This document shows positions 42,757 through 52,884 of a stretch of DNA of 64,000 bases, piece after piece. The translations under genes and the position numbers were made by a program. This DNA comes from an uncultured Desulfosarcina sp. GTDB lineage: Bacteria; Desulfobacterota; Desulfobacteria; Desulfobacterales; Desulfosarcinaceae. The notes under the pieces are model-generated. The model had not been told where the DNA came from and did not search any database. It worked only from the letters and a program-made list of their open reading frames with translations. The DNA is taken from contig CAXXWQ010000004.1 in the NCBI GenBank assembly GCA_963674945.2, positions 1,888,001 through 1,952,000 of the forward strand. Reading direction: 5' to 3'. Position 1 is the first letter of the stretch. Each line of letters opens with the position of its first letter.

Positions 42757-44160
42757 ATGGCGTACATTCTGATTTTAGACGACGATCAAAAAATTCAACT
42801 GCTGCTGGAACATGTTGTCACAGGCCTGGGGCATAAAGCAACGACTTCGGGATGCCTACGCGAGGGACTCAGGCTGGCACGGACACAGGACTATGATCTG
42901 ATTCTGCTGGATCTGGATTTTCCGGAGGGCAACGGCCTTGAGATACTGCCAGAACTGTTACACCTTTCCAGTTCGCCGGAAGTCATGATCATCACCGGGA
43001 CCGGAGACACAAAAGGTGCCGAACTCGCTTTTACGTATGGTGCGTGGGATTTTCTGAAAAAGCCGTTTTTTGTCGAGGAGGTATCCCTTTCCATTGCCCG
43101 GGCCCTTCAATACCATGAAGAGAAAGTAAGAAGCAAAACGCCCACCGTCTTGCAAAGAGGTGACATAACAGGCAACTCGCCGGCACTGCTGCGGTGCCTG
43201 GATGACGCGGCCCGGGCCGCCGCCACGGACAGCAGCGTGTTGATCCTGGGTGAAACCGGCACCGGCAAGGAGCTGTTTGCAAAGGCCATTCACGAAAACA
43301 GCTGGCGCGCAAAGAAAAATTTCATCGTCATCGACTGCGGAGCCCTACCGGAAACGCTGGTAGAGAGCATCCTTTTCGGGCACAGGAAGGGGGCATTTAC
43401 CGGTGCAGGCACGGACCGGGAGGGGCTCATTGCCCAAGCCGACGGCGGTACGCTTTTTCTGGATGAGATCGGCGAGCTTCCACTGCCAATCCAGAAAACC
43501 CTTCTGCGTACCCTGCAGGAACACCGCCTGCGCCCCATCGGCGCAAGTGAAGAGATCTCCGTGGATTTCAGACTGGTTGCGGCGACCAATTGTGACCTTG
43601 AAAAAATGGTGGCTGATCAAACGTTCCGTGAGGATTTGCTGTTTCGGATTCGTGGAATCGAATTTAAACTCCCCCCCCTTCGCGAGCGGAAGGATGATAT
43701 CCTTACCATCGCACACCACAAAATTCTTCAACTCAGCAAACTCTATGGCTTGGCAACCAAAGGAATTTCCGTGGAATTCAGCGATATTCTGGAACAATAT
43801 GAATGGCCGGGAAATGTGCGGGAACTCATCAATGTTCTCGAACACGCCCTGGCCAATGCAGGAGCCGATCCAACGCTGGTCCCCAAACATTTACCGGCCA
43901 AGTATCGTGCCACTTTTCTGGATCTGGATCAAACCGACAATCTTTCCAACCAGCCGCCCCATGGTCTGCGTACATTCACCGCCGATGGTGAAATACTCAA
44001 ATGGGGCGATTTCCGTTTGCAAATGGAAACCGTATATTTACAGTCGCTTCTGATCAATGCTGAGGGTAATTGGGAAACCGCCTGCAAACTGTCCGGATTG
44101 TCCAAGACCAGATTGTATGAACTGATGAAAAAGCATCAACTCTCCTTTTCCTCCACCTAA
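42757..44160 (+). CDS. sigma54-dependent response regulator (NtrC family)
   Basis: REC domain, GETGTGKE, GAFTGA, LFLDEIGEL, WPGNVREL, C-terminal HTH. Confidence 0.93.
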   Translation: MAYILILDDDQKIQLLLEHVVTGLGHKATTSGCLREGLRLARTQDYDLILLDLDFPEGNGLEILPELLHLSSSPEVMIITGTGDTKGAELAFTYGAWDFLKKPFFVEEVSLSIARALQYHEEKVRSKTPTVLQRGDITGNSPALLRCLDDAARAAATDSSVLILGETGTGKELFAKAIHENSWRAKKNFIVIDCGALPETLVESILFGHRKGAFTGAGTDREGLIAQADGGTLFLDEIGELPLPIQKTLLRTLQEHRLRPIGASEEISVDFRLVAATNCDLEKMVADQTFREDLLFRIRGIEFKLPPLRERKDDILTIAHHKILQLSKLYGLATKGISVEFSDILEQYEWPGNVRELINVLEHALANAGADPTLVPKHLPAKYRATFLDLDQTDNLSNQPPHGLRTFTADGEILKWGDFRLQMETVYLQSLLINAEGNWETACKLSGLSKTRLYELMKKHQLSFSST

Positions 44161-44335
44161 TCTATTACCCATCCAGAAATGGCTAATTTGCCCGATATCT
44201 TTGTTGCGCGAAAAATTTTATCCTCGGAATATCAACCATATGCCTGTGGTAAAATTTTTCACGCGCCTCGATCTCGACCAAATTTTCCTATTTCTGGATG
44301 GATAATAATCGAAAAAGCAGCTCCCGCCCGGTCTT

Positions 44336-44378
44336 TTCCGGAATACCGGAATCGATCGGTCCTCTTTTCCGGAATCGA
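44336..44378 (+). promoter_or_regulatory. putative enhancer (UAS) for the sigma54 activator
   Basis: Perfect dyad TTCCGG-AATA-CCGGAA (44336-44351) and a second TTTTCCGGAAT, about 110 bp upstream of the -24 box. Confidence 0.55.
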
Positions 44379-44458
44379 CTGTCCAAATTGCCATTGGATC
44401 GGCACGGCAAAACATCGTACCATATTGTTTTTACTGTATTTAATAAATAATTGATCGA

Positions 44459-44475
44459 TTGGCATATCGTCTGCA
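44459..44475 (+). promoter_or_regulatory. sigma54 (-24/-12) promoter
   Basis: TTGGCATATCGTCTGCA = GG-N10-GC, preceded by an AT-rich tract and downstream of an NtrC-family gene. Confidence 0.75.
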
Positions 44476-44536
44476 GAAGGACTCATCGTGTCCAACGGAC
44501 ACATCTTGAAAGAACCATAGCGCAGCGAGATTGCCG

Positions 44537-44953
44537 ATGAATATACTATTTTTTGCCCCCGATTTCGAACACAGCGACGTAAAAAAGGTTTTGTCCACCG
44601 TTCGCGGATCCTTTCCCGACGTGAAAATACAGTCGTTCACGGATTGCCAGACAATGTTTGATTGGCTGCGGATTCCGCCCAGAAGTTTCTTCGTCGCTAT
44701 TTTACTGCCGGACAGCCACCAGACGCTGACCCAACTGGTATCCATGAGAGGTTTGTTCATGGACCGTAAAATCATTCTTTCGCTTCCCGACGATGCCCCG
44801 CGCAGCATCGCCCTGAGCCATAAACTAAACCCTCTCTATTTTCTGTCCGCTTCAGATGACAAAGAGGGAATGGTCTGCGTAATGAAGAAATTACTAATCG
44901 ATGTAAACGAATCTGGAATGAGGGTCGAAAAACGGGCCAAATCACCATGCTGA
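44537..44953 (+). CDS. hypothetical protein, possibly a degenerate receiver-like domain
   Basis: 138-aa alpha/beta pattern ORF directly after the sigma54 promoter; no canonical acidic pocket. Confidence 0.6.
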   Translation: MNILFFAPDFEHSDVKKVLSTVRGSFPDVKIQSFTDCQTMFDWLRIPPRSFFVAILLPDSHQTLTQLVSMRGLFMDRKIILSLPDDAPRSIALSHKLNPLYFLSASDDKEGMVCVMKKLLIDVNESGMRVEKRAKSPC

Positions 44954-45005
44954 AAAGTTTTTGCAATGCAACGATAATTTTACCAATATTTCGAAAAAGG
45001 AGACA

Positions 45006-46691
45006 ATGACAATGAACTTCATCAAGAACATGAAAATTCGAATCAAACTGCTGTCTGCATTCGGTATCATGGTGTTGATCATGGGGGTGATCGGTTATAC
45101 CGGCTACAAGAGCGTGAACAGTATCCAAAACGACCTGAAAACGATATCTTCCGTTCAGATGCCCAGCATCGATTATCTGATCGAGGCGGATCGGGATCTG
45201 CAGCAATTGCTTGTGGCGGAACGTTCATTGATCTTTACCGATCCCGACTCGGAGTTGTTCAGACAATTCGTTGATGAATACGAAACCAACTTCAAACAAT
45301 CTTCCGATCGTTGGGGAAAATACCAGGCCCTGGCCAGCACCACGGCGGAAAAGGAAGTTTTTGGTATCTATGAAAAAGCCCGCATGGAATGGCAGGAGCA
45401 TTCTCGAAAGGTTATTGAACTGGTCGAGAAAGGAAGCAGGCAGGAGGCCATCGCATTGACCCTGGGAGAAGCCAAGAAGGACTTTGAACAGATGCGCGAC
45501 CAGCTTGACAAACTGACCGAAATCAATCTCGACCTTGCCCACAACGCCCAGAAAAATGCCCAAGCCACCTACAAATCGGCTCTGGCCATGCTGCTTACGG
45601 CGATACTGCTGGGAGTTGCAGTGGGTATTATTCTGGCAGGGTTCATCTCACGACTGATCACCAAACCGGTCAATGCCATGGTTGACGGCCTTAAGGACAT
45701 CGCCCAAGGCGAAGGCGATCTGACCAAACGACTCGAGGATGGCGCAAAAGACGAACTGGGCGAATTGGCCACCTGGTTCAACACGTTCATGAACAAGCTG
45801 CAACAGCTTATCAGTGAAATCGCCGGGGGTGTGGAAACCTTGTCCTCTTCCTCCACCGAATTGTCGACCATCTCCGAGCAGATGACCCAGGGCATCCAAG
45901 ACGTCTCTGAAAAGGCCAACACCGTTTCCGCCGCTTCCGAAGAGATGAGCGCCAACATCAACAATGTCGCCGCCGCCATGGAGCAGTCGGCCACCAACAC
46001 CAACATGGTGGCCTCGGCCTCCGAGGAGATGTCGGCCACCATCGGCGAAGTCGCCCAGAATGCCGAGAAAGCCCGTGAAATATCCGACGAGGCGGCCCGC
46101 AAGGCGACCAACGCCTCAACCAACATGGACGAGTTGAGCAACGCCGCCAACTCCATCGGAAAGGTCGTTGAAACCATTACCGACATCAGCGAGCAGGTCA
46201 ACCTCCTGGCACTGAACGCCACCATCGAAGCGGCAAGGGCAGGAGAAGCGGGCAAGGGGTTTGCCGTGGTCGCCAACGAGATCAAGGAACTGGCCAAGCA
46301 GACCGCCGAAGCAACCCAGGACATCAAGGACAAGATCGAAGGCATCCAGGGAACCACGTCCATGACGGTGGGACAGATTTCTGAAATCACGCAGGTGATC
46401 ACCGACGTAAACGATATTGTCACCACCATCGCCACGGCCGTGGAGCAGCAATCTGCCGCCACCAAGGAGATCGCCGACAATGTAGCCCAGGCGTCCACCG
46501 GTATCCAGGAGGTAAACGAGAACGTCAACCAAAGTTCTTCCGTCGCAAGAAAGATTTCCGCTGACATCGCCGACGTGAGCGTCTCCACGAACGAGATGGC
46601 CAACAGCAGCGGTCAGGTCAACTTCAGCGCCCAGGAGCTCTCCCAGCTGTCTGAAAGCCTGAAAAGCATGGTGGATCAATTTAAAATCTAA
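45006..46691 (+). CDS. methyl-accepting chemotaxis protein (four-helix-bundle sensor)
   Basis: TM-4HB-TM-HAMP ([15 protein letters not shown]); [36 protein letters not shown]. Confidence 0.93.
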   Translation: MTMNFIKNMKIRIKLLSAFGIMVLIMGVIGYTGYKSVNSIQNDLKTISSVQMPSIDYLIEADRDLQQLLVAERSLIFTDPDSELFRQFVDEYETNFKQSSDRWGKYQALASTTAEKEVFGIYEKARMEWQEHSRKVIELVEKGSRQEAIALTLGEAKKDFEQMRDQLDKLTEINLDLAHNAQKNAQATYKSALAMLLTAILLGVAVGIILAGFISRLITKPVNAMVDGLKDIAQGEGDLTKRLEDGAKDELGELATWFNTFMNKLQQLISEIAGGVETLSSSSTELSTISEQMTQGIQDVSEKANTVSAASEEMSANINNVAAAMEQSATNTNMVASASEEMSATIGEVAQNAEKAREISDEAARKATNASTNMDELSNAANSIGKVVETITDISEQVNLLALNATIEAARAGEAGKGFAVVANEIKELAKQTAEATQDIKDKIEGIQGTTSMTVGQISEITQVITDVNDIVTTIATAVEQQSAATKEIADNVAQASTGIQEVNENVNQSSSVARKISADIADVSVSTNEMANSSGQVNFSAQELSQLSESLKSMVDQFKI

Positions 46692-46859
46692 GCAATGGTT
46701 GGCAGGAGGCGGACATCTCCATGTGATCCTTCCTGCAATGGCCTTTCGAAAGCCACGGGGAATTTGATCTGGAATGGTTACTATAGATACGATGAAAGGG
46801 ATCCGGTGCGCAGGAATTCTTCAGCCCCTCTCTGATGCCATAGATGGAGTATACCAATC

Positions 46860-47510
46860 ATGGAAAATACCATTGAACAACGGATCAAAGATCTGGAAGA
46901 AAAGGATCTTTTAACGACCGATAATTTGTTTGACGCCATATGGGTGATCGATACGACACTCATGACATTCAGCTACATCAGCCCTTCCATTGAGCGGATA
47001 AGTGGATACAGTGCAGATGAGTACATTGGCACGCCGGTAAGAGAACGAATGTCGGAAGAGGCGTATGAAAAAGTAAATACTGTTCTGAATCAATCGTTGA
47101 TACAATTGGAAAAGGGCCCCGAGCCCGTCCTGAAGATTGAAGTTGAGATGACACATAAAAATGGCGGGCTGTATTGGGTTGAAATACGTGGCCAGCTGTT
47201 ACAGGAAAAACAGGATGAACCGCTGAAAATCGTCGGCGTCACCAGAGATATCACGAAACGAAAAAAGTATGAATTCAGCCAGGAAGAACTGATCCAGCGA
47301 CTAAACAAAGTCCTTGCAGAAAAACAACTTATTTCGGAAGAAAACAAAATGCTACGAAAGATCATTCCCATTTGCGGCGGGTGCAAACGAATCAGGGGAG
47401 AGGACGATCAATGGTGGCCCCTGGACGTTTATGTGGAGCGCCACACCGATTCCAGCATGACCCATACGATCTGTCCGGACTGCAGAGCCGTAATATATGG
47501 AAATGAATAG
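46860..47510 (+). CDS. PAS domain protein with C-terminal CxxC...CxxC domain
   Basis: YISPSIERISGYS, VGVTRDITKRK, IPICGGCKRIR...W...Y...H...THTICPDC. Confidence 0.85.
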   Translation: MENTIEQRIKDLEEKDLLTTDNLFDAIWVIDTTLMTFSYISPSIERISGYSADEYIGTPVRERMSEEAYEKVNTVLNQSLIQLEKGPEPVLKIEVEMTHKNGGLYWVEIRGQLLQEKQDEPLKIVGVTRDITKRKKYEFSQEELIQRLNKVLAEKQLISEENKMLRKIIPICGGCKRIRGEDDQWWPLDVYVERHTDSSMTHTICPDCRAVIYGNE

Positions 47511-47552
47511 GCACACCCGATCGTGTTGGATGAATATGCTTTGGTTACTATA

Positions 47553-47690
47553 ATCCGGGAGTCAGAATCCAGAATCAGGTACTGGCCTTCAATCGACGGA
47601 GCGGAACGACATCACATTCATTCTGGTTTTTGAATTCCGGCTTCTGGCTCCTGCGGTACCATGTGTTTACGATACTGCCCCCTTATAGGA
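47553..47690 (-). repeat. MITE/REP-like palindromic repeat, copy 3 (inverted)
   Basis: Reverse complement reads CCTATAAGGGG..ATGGTACCGCAGGAGCCAG..CAGAATGAAT.TGATGTCG..GAAGGC.AGTACCTGATTCTGGATTCTGACTCC, matching copies 1 and 2. Confidence 0.8.
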
Positions 47691-47729
47691 GTTCCCACCC
47701 CCCATGCTCTCTCGACCCGGATCTTTTCT

Positions 47730-47768
47730 TGTGATGCCAATCACATCCAATTTGTGACGCCAATCACA
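47730..47768. promoter_or_regulatory. two tandem CRP/FNR-family boxes
   Basis: TGTGA-tgccaa-TCACA (47730-47745) and TGTGA-cgccaa-TCACA (47753-47768), 23-bp period. Confidence 0.75.
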
Positions 47769-48073
47769 TCCACCCTCTCCTTAAAATAGATATGAAGACA
47801 ATAAGGATTCACGATTCATACAATTTAGGTATACGCTCTATATTCAGGATGCACAATGATCCATGATCGCCGATTTTTTTATTCGCCCGCGGCACCAACT
47901 TCCTTCCTTACGTGAACCGTTATAGCGAAAAACCTTCCACCTAGCACATCCAGCGAATTCGACTATTTGCCATACACGAACACATCTTTTCGATGTTTCA
48001 GGAGACTTGCATCGCAATGGCAGCAAGCCATCGCACATTGGATTAATCATTTCATGAGAAAGGAGAGTGCGTC

Positions 48074-48382
48074 ATGAGAAAAAACATTGACCTCATTGTC
48101 GCCTTATTGGCCATTGTATATCTCGGCATGGCATGTTCGGCCTATGTTTTTGTTGAACCCGTTACGACGATCACACTGATCATTGGCGGTGTCGCAGTAG
48201 GTGTTCTATCGCTGTACGGCATCTTTTTAAGCATTGCGGAACGAAAGGACGAGAAATACGATCAGTCGGCGGAGACCGTACAGGCCCGGGATCAACAAAA
48301 GGATCAGCCCCAAACCAAGGTCTGGGAAGAGACGGTTATGGTCGAAGAAACGCAGGAAGGTCTGGGCCTGTCGGCCCTCTGA
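48074..48382 (+). CDS. small two-TM membrane protein
   Basis: AGGAGAG RBS; two hydrophobic helices and an acidic tail. Confidence 0.65.
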   Translation: MRKNIDLIVALLAIVYLGMACSAYVFVEPVTTITLIIGGVAVGVLSLYGIFLSIAERKDEKYDQSAETVQARDQQKDQPQTKVWEETVMVEETQEGLGLSAL

Positions 48383-48736
48383 TTCTGATCTTGCCGCGAA
48401 AGGTTGACATACAATCGGGAATTTGCGATAAATTATCTGCGAGCCATCACGCCTGTCACATTCAACTGATATTTCCGGTTCGCGATATCCTGGGTGTTCA
48501 TGGCTATCTTTCGGCCATGGTAGATTCTTGTCCCATCTATAGTGACGATAGCTGACGTAGATTCTGTTTCTTAACTTTACATAATGCCATTTTATGAATG
48601 GTGCATTACGCCTTTTTCTACCGTGAGTGCCGCCGGAAATTTCGGTAGTTTCCGTAAGGCAGTGTTATGGAAAATTCAATGCATTTGGAGCAGAATTAGA
48701 AGACCTCTCCACAATTTCATTCTAGCAACTGCCAAA

Positions 48737-51700
48737 ATGAACACTTTTTCTACTCACATCAGGAGATCGATACGCTACTGGGCGGCTTTTTGGACACTCC
48801 AGGCAGGGTGTATTCTGGTTGCCGGCTTCCTTTACGCGTCGCGGGCCCATGCGGCCGACGAATCGGATACTGCCGTATGGGTAAGCAGAATCGTTTCCAT
48901 CCAGGGAAGTGTTCTGGTCAGGCGGTCGGGAGATACCGACTGGCAGCCGGTCCAACTCAACGACACATTTTTCATCGGTGATCAGATCCGTGTACAAGTC
49001 AACAGCAGGGCCGGTATCCGGCTGAGTAACGATGCCGTACTGCGATTGGATCAAAACACCACCCTCGTATTCATCGAGATCGAAACGCAGACAACCTTCG
49101 TTTACCGGCTTGTCAAGGGAGCAGTTCAGTTTTTTAGTCACTGGCCACGTAGCTTGCGGATCCTCACACCCTTTGTCAACGGCGTTGTGTCGGGAACCGA
49201 ATTCTTCGTCCGGGTCGACGACGATCAAACCCGGATCGACCTGTTCGAGGGCCGCATATTGGCCGAGAACACATTTGGTTCACTCCAACTGGCGGCCGGG
49301 GAGAGCGTCACAGCCGAAGCCGGTCATGCCCCCCAGCGCCAGATCCTCGTTCGGCCGATGGACGGCGTGCAGTGGGCGATGTATTATCCACCCATCCTGG
49401 CATGGGGGGGAAATGGCGGTTCTCCAGATATCGGTGACACGGCGGCGTTGGTTAACCAGGGAAGAATTTCCGATGCCCTGACTCGTCTGGAAGCTCTTGG
49501 CCCGCAGGTGCAGAATGCCCGGTTCTTCGTATTTCGCGCCGCGCTGCGACTCCATGTCGGACGCGTTGTCGAAGCAGAGGCGGACATCGGCCTGGCCCTG
49601 GAACTGGATCCGGCCGACGGCGATGCGCTGGCGCTGCAGGCTGTCATTGCCGTTGTCCAGAATCGAAAGACCGATGCGTTGCGAGATGCCCGGGAAGCAG
49701 TTCGGCTGGATCCCCGATCGGCAAGTACCCATATTGCCCTTTCCTACGCCCTGCAGGCCGATTTCGATCTCACCGGCGCCCTGCAGGCCGCCCGGGATGC
49801 CGTAACCCAGGCGCCCGGCAATTATGTGGCCTGGGCCCGCCTCGCCGAATTGCGACTTTCCGTGGGGGAACTGGATCAGGGCGTAGCGGCCGCGCGGAAA
49901 GCCGTCGACCTGAACCCGCGTGCGGCGCACGCCCACACCACCCTGGGATTTGCCCATTTGACGCAGATCCAAACCGAAAAAGCACGAAAGGCTTTCGACA
50001 AGGCCATCGCCCTGGACTCCGCCGCACCTCTGCCACGCCTGGGATTGGGACTGGCCACCATCCGCGACGGCGATCTGGAACAGGGCCGGGCACAGATCGA
50101 AATCGCTGCCAGTTTGGATCCGGCCAATGCCCTGATCCGCAGTTATCTGGGCAAGGCCTACTTCGAGGAAAAACGCGGCCCGCTGGATGAACGGCAGTTC
50201 GAGATCGCCAAGGCCCTGGACCCGAACGATCCAACGCCCTGGTTCTATGACGCCATCCGCAAGCAGATCCTCAACCGGCCGGGAGAAGCCCTACAGGATT
50301 TACAGAGGTCCATCGAACTGAACGACAATCGCGCCGTGTACCGGTCGCGGTTGTTCCTGGATCAGGACCTGGCCGCACGCAGTGCCAGTTTGGGAAGAAT
50401 ATTCAACGATCTGGACTTCCAGCATCTTGCATTGAACGAAGGGTACAAATCGCTTACTGCCGATGCCACCAATCACTCAGCCCACAGGTTGTTGGCGGAT
50501 AACTACGCGGCGAAACCCCGCCATGAAATCGCAAGAGTGAGCGAATTGTTACAATCACAACTTCTCCAGCCGATCAATATTCTACCAGTTCAACCGTACC
50601 TTGCAGAAAGTAACCTCTCTATACTGTCATGTGCCGGTCCATCCTCGCCCTCCTTGTACGAATATACACCGCTGTTCAGCCGAAATCGGTTAGCTTTTCA
50701 GGCCGGTGTAATCACCGGTAGTAATTCAACGTTAGGTGATGAAATCGTTCAGTCTGGTATGTGGGGGCGGTATTCATACAGCCTCGGGCAGTTTTACTAT
50801 GAAACAGATGGATTCAGGGAAAATAATGGTCAGACACACAATATATATAATGCCTTCGTACAAATGAGTGTGTCGCCCGAAACAAGCATCCAGGCCGAAT
50901 ATCGATATAAAGATTTGGAAAATGGTGACCTCGAGTTACGATTAGATCCAGAAAATTACTATCCATCATACCGGTATGATGAAAAAATACAGACCTTTCG
51001 TTTCGGCATGAGAAAAAGTTTCTTTCCCCATTCTACTCTGATAGCATCGGCAATCTATCAACTTGAAGATTATACCTACACTGATGCGGATTATAAAAAT
51101 GACAATGAGGAAGATGGTGTTCTGCTTGAGCTCCGGTATCTTCTTAGCTATGAATTCATCCAATTAAGCTTAGGTGGTGGATATTTTGAATCTGATTTCA
51201 CCTTCATCGATAATTATGATCCGGGTTCTATTGTAAAGTCAAAGTACAACAATATCTATGCATACCTTTCAATCAGCTATCCGAAAAGTATTACATGGCT
51301 GCTCGGTGGAAGTGGTGAGTCCTCAAAAATTGAGTCCACTAATCGTGATCAATTCAACCCCAAGATGGGAGTTCACTGGAATTTAACTTCCCGCACAACG
51401 CTTCGAGCAGCCGCATTTCGAACGCTACAAAGAGACATCATATCCAGCCAAACCATTGAACCGGTTCAGGTCGCTGGTTTTAATCAATTTTTCGAAGATG
51501 GTGTCGGCACTGATGCATGGAATTATGGCGTTGGCATTGATCAAATGTTTTCCAATTTTCTTTATGGTGGGTTAGACATATTAAATAGAGAACTTGATGT
51601 TCCCTATTTAGATATCTTTACCGGAGATAGATTTTCTGCAGATTGGAAAGAGTACATGTGGCGTGCATATTTGAACTTGATTCTATTATCCAATTTGTCA

Positions 51701-52087
51701 ATAAGTGTAGATCTTCAATATGAGCAACTTAACAGGGACCATGAATTTGTGGGGTCAAATCTATTTGCTCGATTGGAAACCTATAGGCTACCAATCAGCT
51801 TCAACTACTTCCATGATTCCGGTTTCAGTTTTCACTTTAAAACAACCTATACCGATCAGCAGGGAGAGTTCGGTGACCCAGTTTTTGAAGATTTGGTCTC
51901 CAATGGCGATCATTTCTGGGTCGCTGATGCATCCGTCCGGTATCAGTTGCCGAACAGATTGGGCTTTTTCACCATTGTGGCAAAAAATATCTTTAATTCA
52001 TCATTCAGGTTTCAGGACACGGATCCTGCGAATCCCCAAATTTATCCTGAGCCCTATTATTTTGCCAGGTTTGAATTCGGCTTTTAA
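48737..52087 (+). CDS. FecR-domain / TPR / outer-membrane beta-barrel receptor
   Basis: Signal peptide ending AHA; FecR (GDQIRV..NSRA.I.L, TPF...V.GTEF); many TPRs; barrel with alternating aromatics ending FEFGF; start codon uncertain. Confidence 0.88.
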   Translation: MNTFSTHIRRSIRYWAAFWTLQAGCILVAGFLYASRAHAADESDTAVWVSRIVSIQGSVLVRRSGDTDWQPVQLNDTFFIGDQIRVQVNSRAGIRLSNDAVLRLDQNTTLVFIEIETQTTFVYRLVKGAVQFFSHWPRSLRILTPFVNGVVSGTEFFVRVDDDQTRIDLFEGRILAENTFGSLQLAAGESVTAEAGHAPQRQILVRPMDGVQWAMYYPPILAWGGNGGSPDIGDTAALVNQGRISDALTRLEALGPQVQNARFFVFRAALRLHVGRVVEAEADIGLALELDPADGDALALQAVIAVVQNRKTDALRDAREAVRLDPRSASTHIALSYALQADFDLTGALQAARDAVTQAPGNYVAWARLAELRLSVGELDQGVAAARKAVDLNPRAAHAHTTLGFAHLTQIQTEKARKAFDKAIALDSAAPLPRLGLGLATIRDGDLEQGRAQIEIAASLDPANALIRSYLGKAYFEEKRGPLDERQFEIAKALDPNDPTPWFYDAIRKQILNRPGEALQDLQRSIELNDNRAVYRSRLFLDQDLAARSASLGRIFNDLDFQHLALNEGYKSLTADATNHSAHRLLADNYAAKPRHEIARVSELLQSQLLQPINILPVQPYLAESNLSILSCAGPSSPSLYEYTPLFSRNRLAFQAGVITGSNSTLGDEIVQSGMWGRYSYSLGQFYYETDGFRENNGQTHNIYNAFVQMSVSPETSIQAEYRYKDLENGDLELRLDPENYYPSYRYDEKIQTFRFGMRKSFFPHSTLIASAIYQLEDYTYTDADYKNDNEEDGVLLELRYLLSYEFIQLSLGGGYFESDFTFIDNYDPGSIVKSKYNNIYAYLSISYPKSITWLLGGSGESSKIESTNRDQFNPKMGVHWNLTSRTTLRAAAFRTLQRDIISSQTIEPVQVAGFNQFFEDGVGTDAWNYGVGIDQMFSNFLYGGLDILNRELDVPYLDIFTGDRFSADWKEYMWRAYLNLILLSNLSISVDLQYEQLNRDHEFVGSNLFARLETYRLPISFNYFHDSGFSFHFKTTYTDQQGEFGDPVFEDLVSNGDHFWVADASVRYQLPNRLGFFTIVAKNIFNSSFRFQDTDPANPQIYPEPYYFARFEFGF

Positions 52088-52180
52088 TTTTTCTTTACAC
52101 TATCAAATGGGAAGTATTGGCTCGACAGTAGATTTATACTACCGAATTATTGTAATTACATTAAACGAAAGGAGAATGAC

Positions 52181-52417
52181 ATGGGTAATGTTAAAATGCG
52201 CATTACAATCGATGTAGAGAGCGATGAGATTGTTGTAAAGAAGGTGATCGACGGAAAAGAAGAAGATATCAGACCTGAAGACAAGCTCGGTGAAAACTTT
52301 GAGAGACTGGAAAACGTAACTCAATGCGACTCAGCTATCATTTTAAAAGCCCATAACAGTCCGGATTGTATATATATTTATCATAGAAAACTTGGTTGGA
52401 TAAGAGTCTGTACGTAA
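52181..52417 (+). CDS. small protein with Cys-bracketed aromatic C-terminus
   Basis: AAGGAG RBS; 78 aa; acidic N-terminal part and tail NSPDCIYIYHRKLGWIRVCT. Confidence 0.7.
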   Translation: MGNVKMRITIDVESDEIVVKKVIDGKEEDIRPEDKLGENFERLENVTQCDSAIILKAHNSPDCIYIYHRKLGWIRVCT

Positions 52418-52884
52418 AATATCATGGTGCCAACAACCAACATTAATACGGATGTCTTTGATTTCCGGCCATCAGCTGGAAAAACGAAAGCATATTAAAA
52501 TTTCAATTGTTGTGCTAATCGCTGGAGGTGAGGGTGATTTGTTCTTTTGACTTATGATGTTTTGTTTCATCTAATAAAACTTTTTAACTACATTAGCGGA
52601 GGATGCTGATCGAAACGGCTATTTTCGCAGGACACTGATAAATGCCCTTTGAGCTTCGATCCCCGCTGTCTCGACCACCCGCAATGTCTGGGTACCGATG
52701 ACGGAGATGTCTACTTTTGCCTTAAGAAATTCGTTGTCGGAGCGATCCTTGACGCTGAATCTCAGTTCCAGAGGTTAGCCGATGGCCTTTCGGCAATGTC
52801 TATTGTAGTACGAAATTTTCTAAAAGCTATCGATAAAGCCAACAAACATGATCCGTCTTTTTTTGGCAGGCATCTGATTTATAT

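Noticed and set aside
47729..47772. 23-bp tandem repeat as a mini CRISPR array
   Set aside because: Two adjacent units with no spacer and no cas genes; better explained as CRP-type boxes
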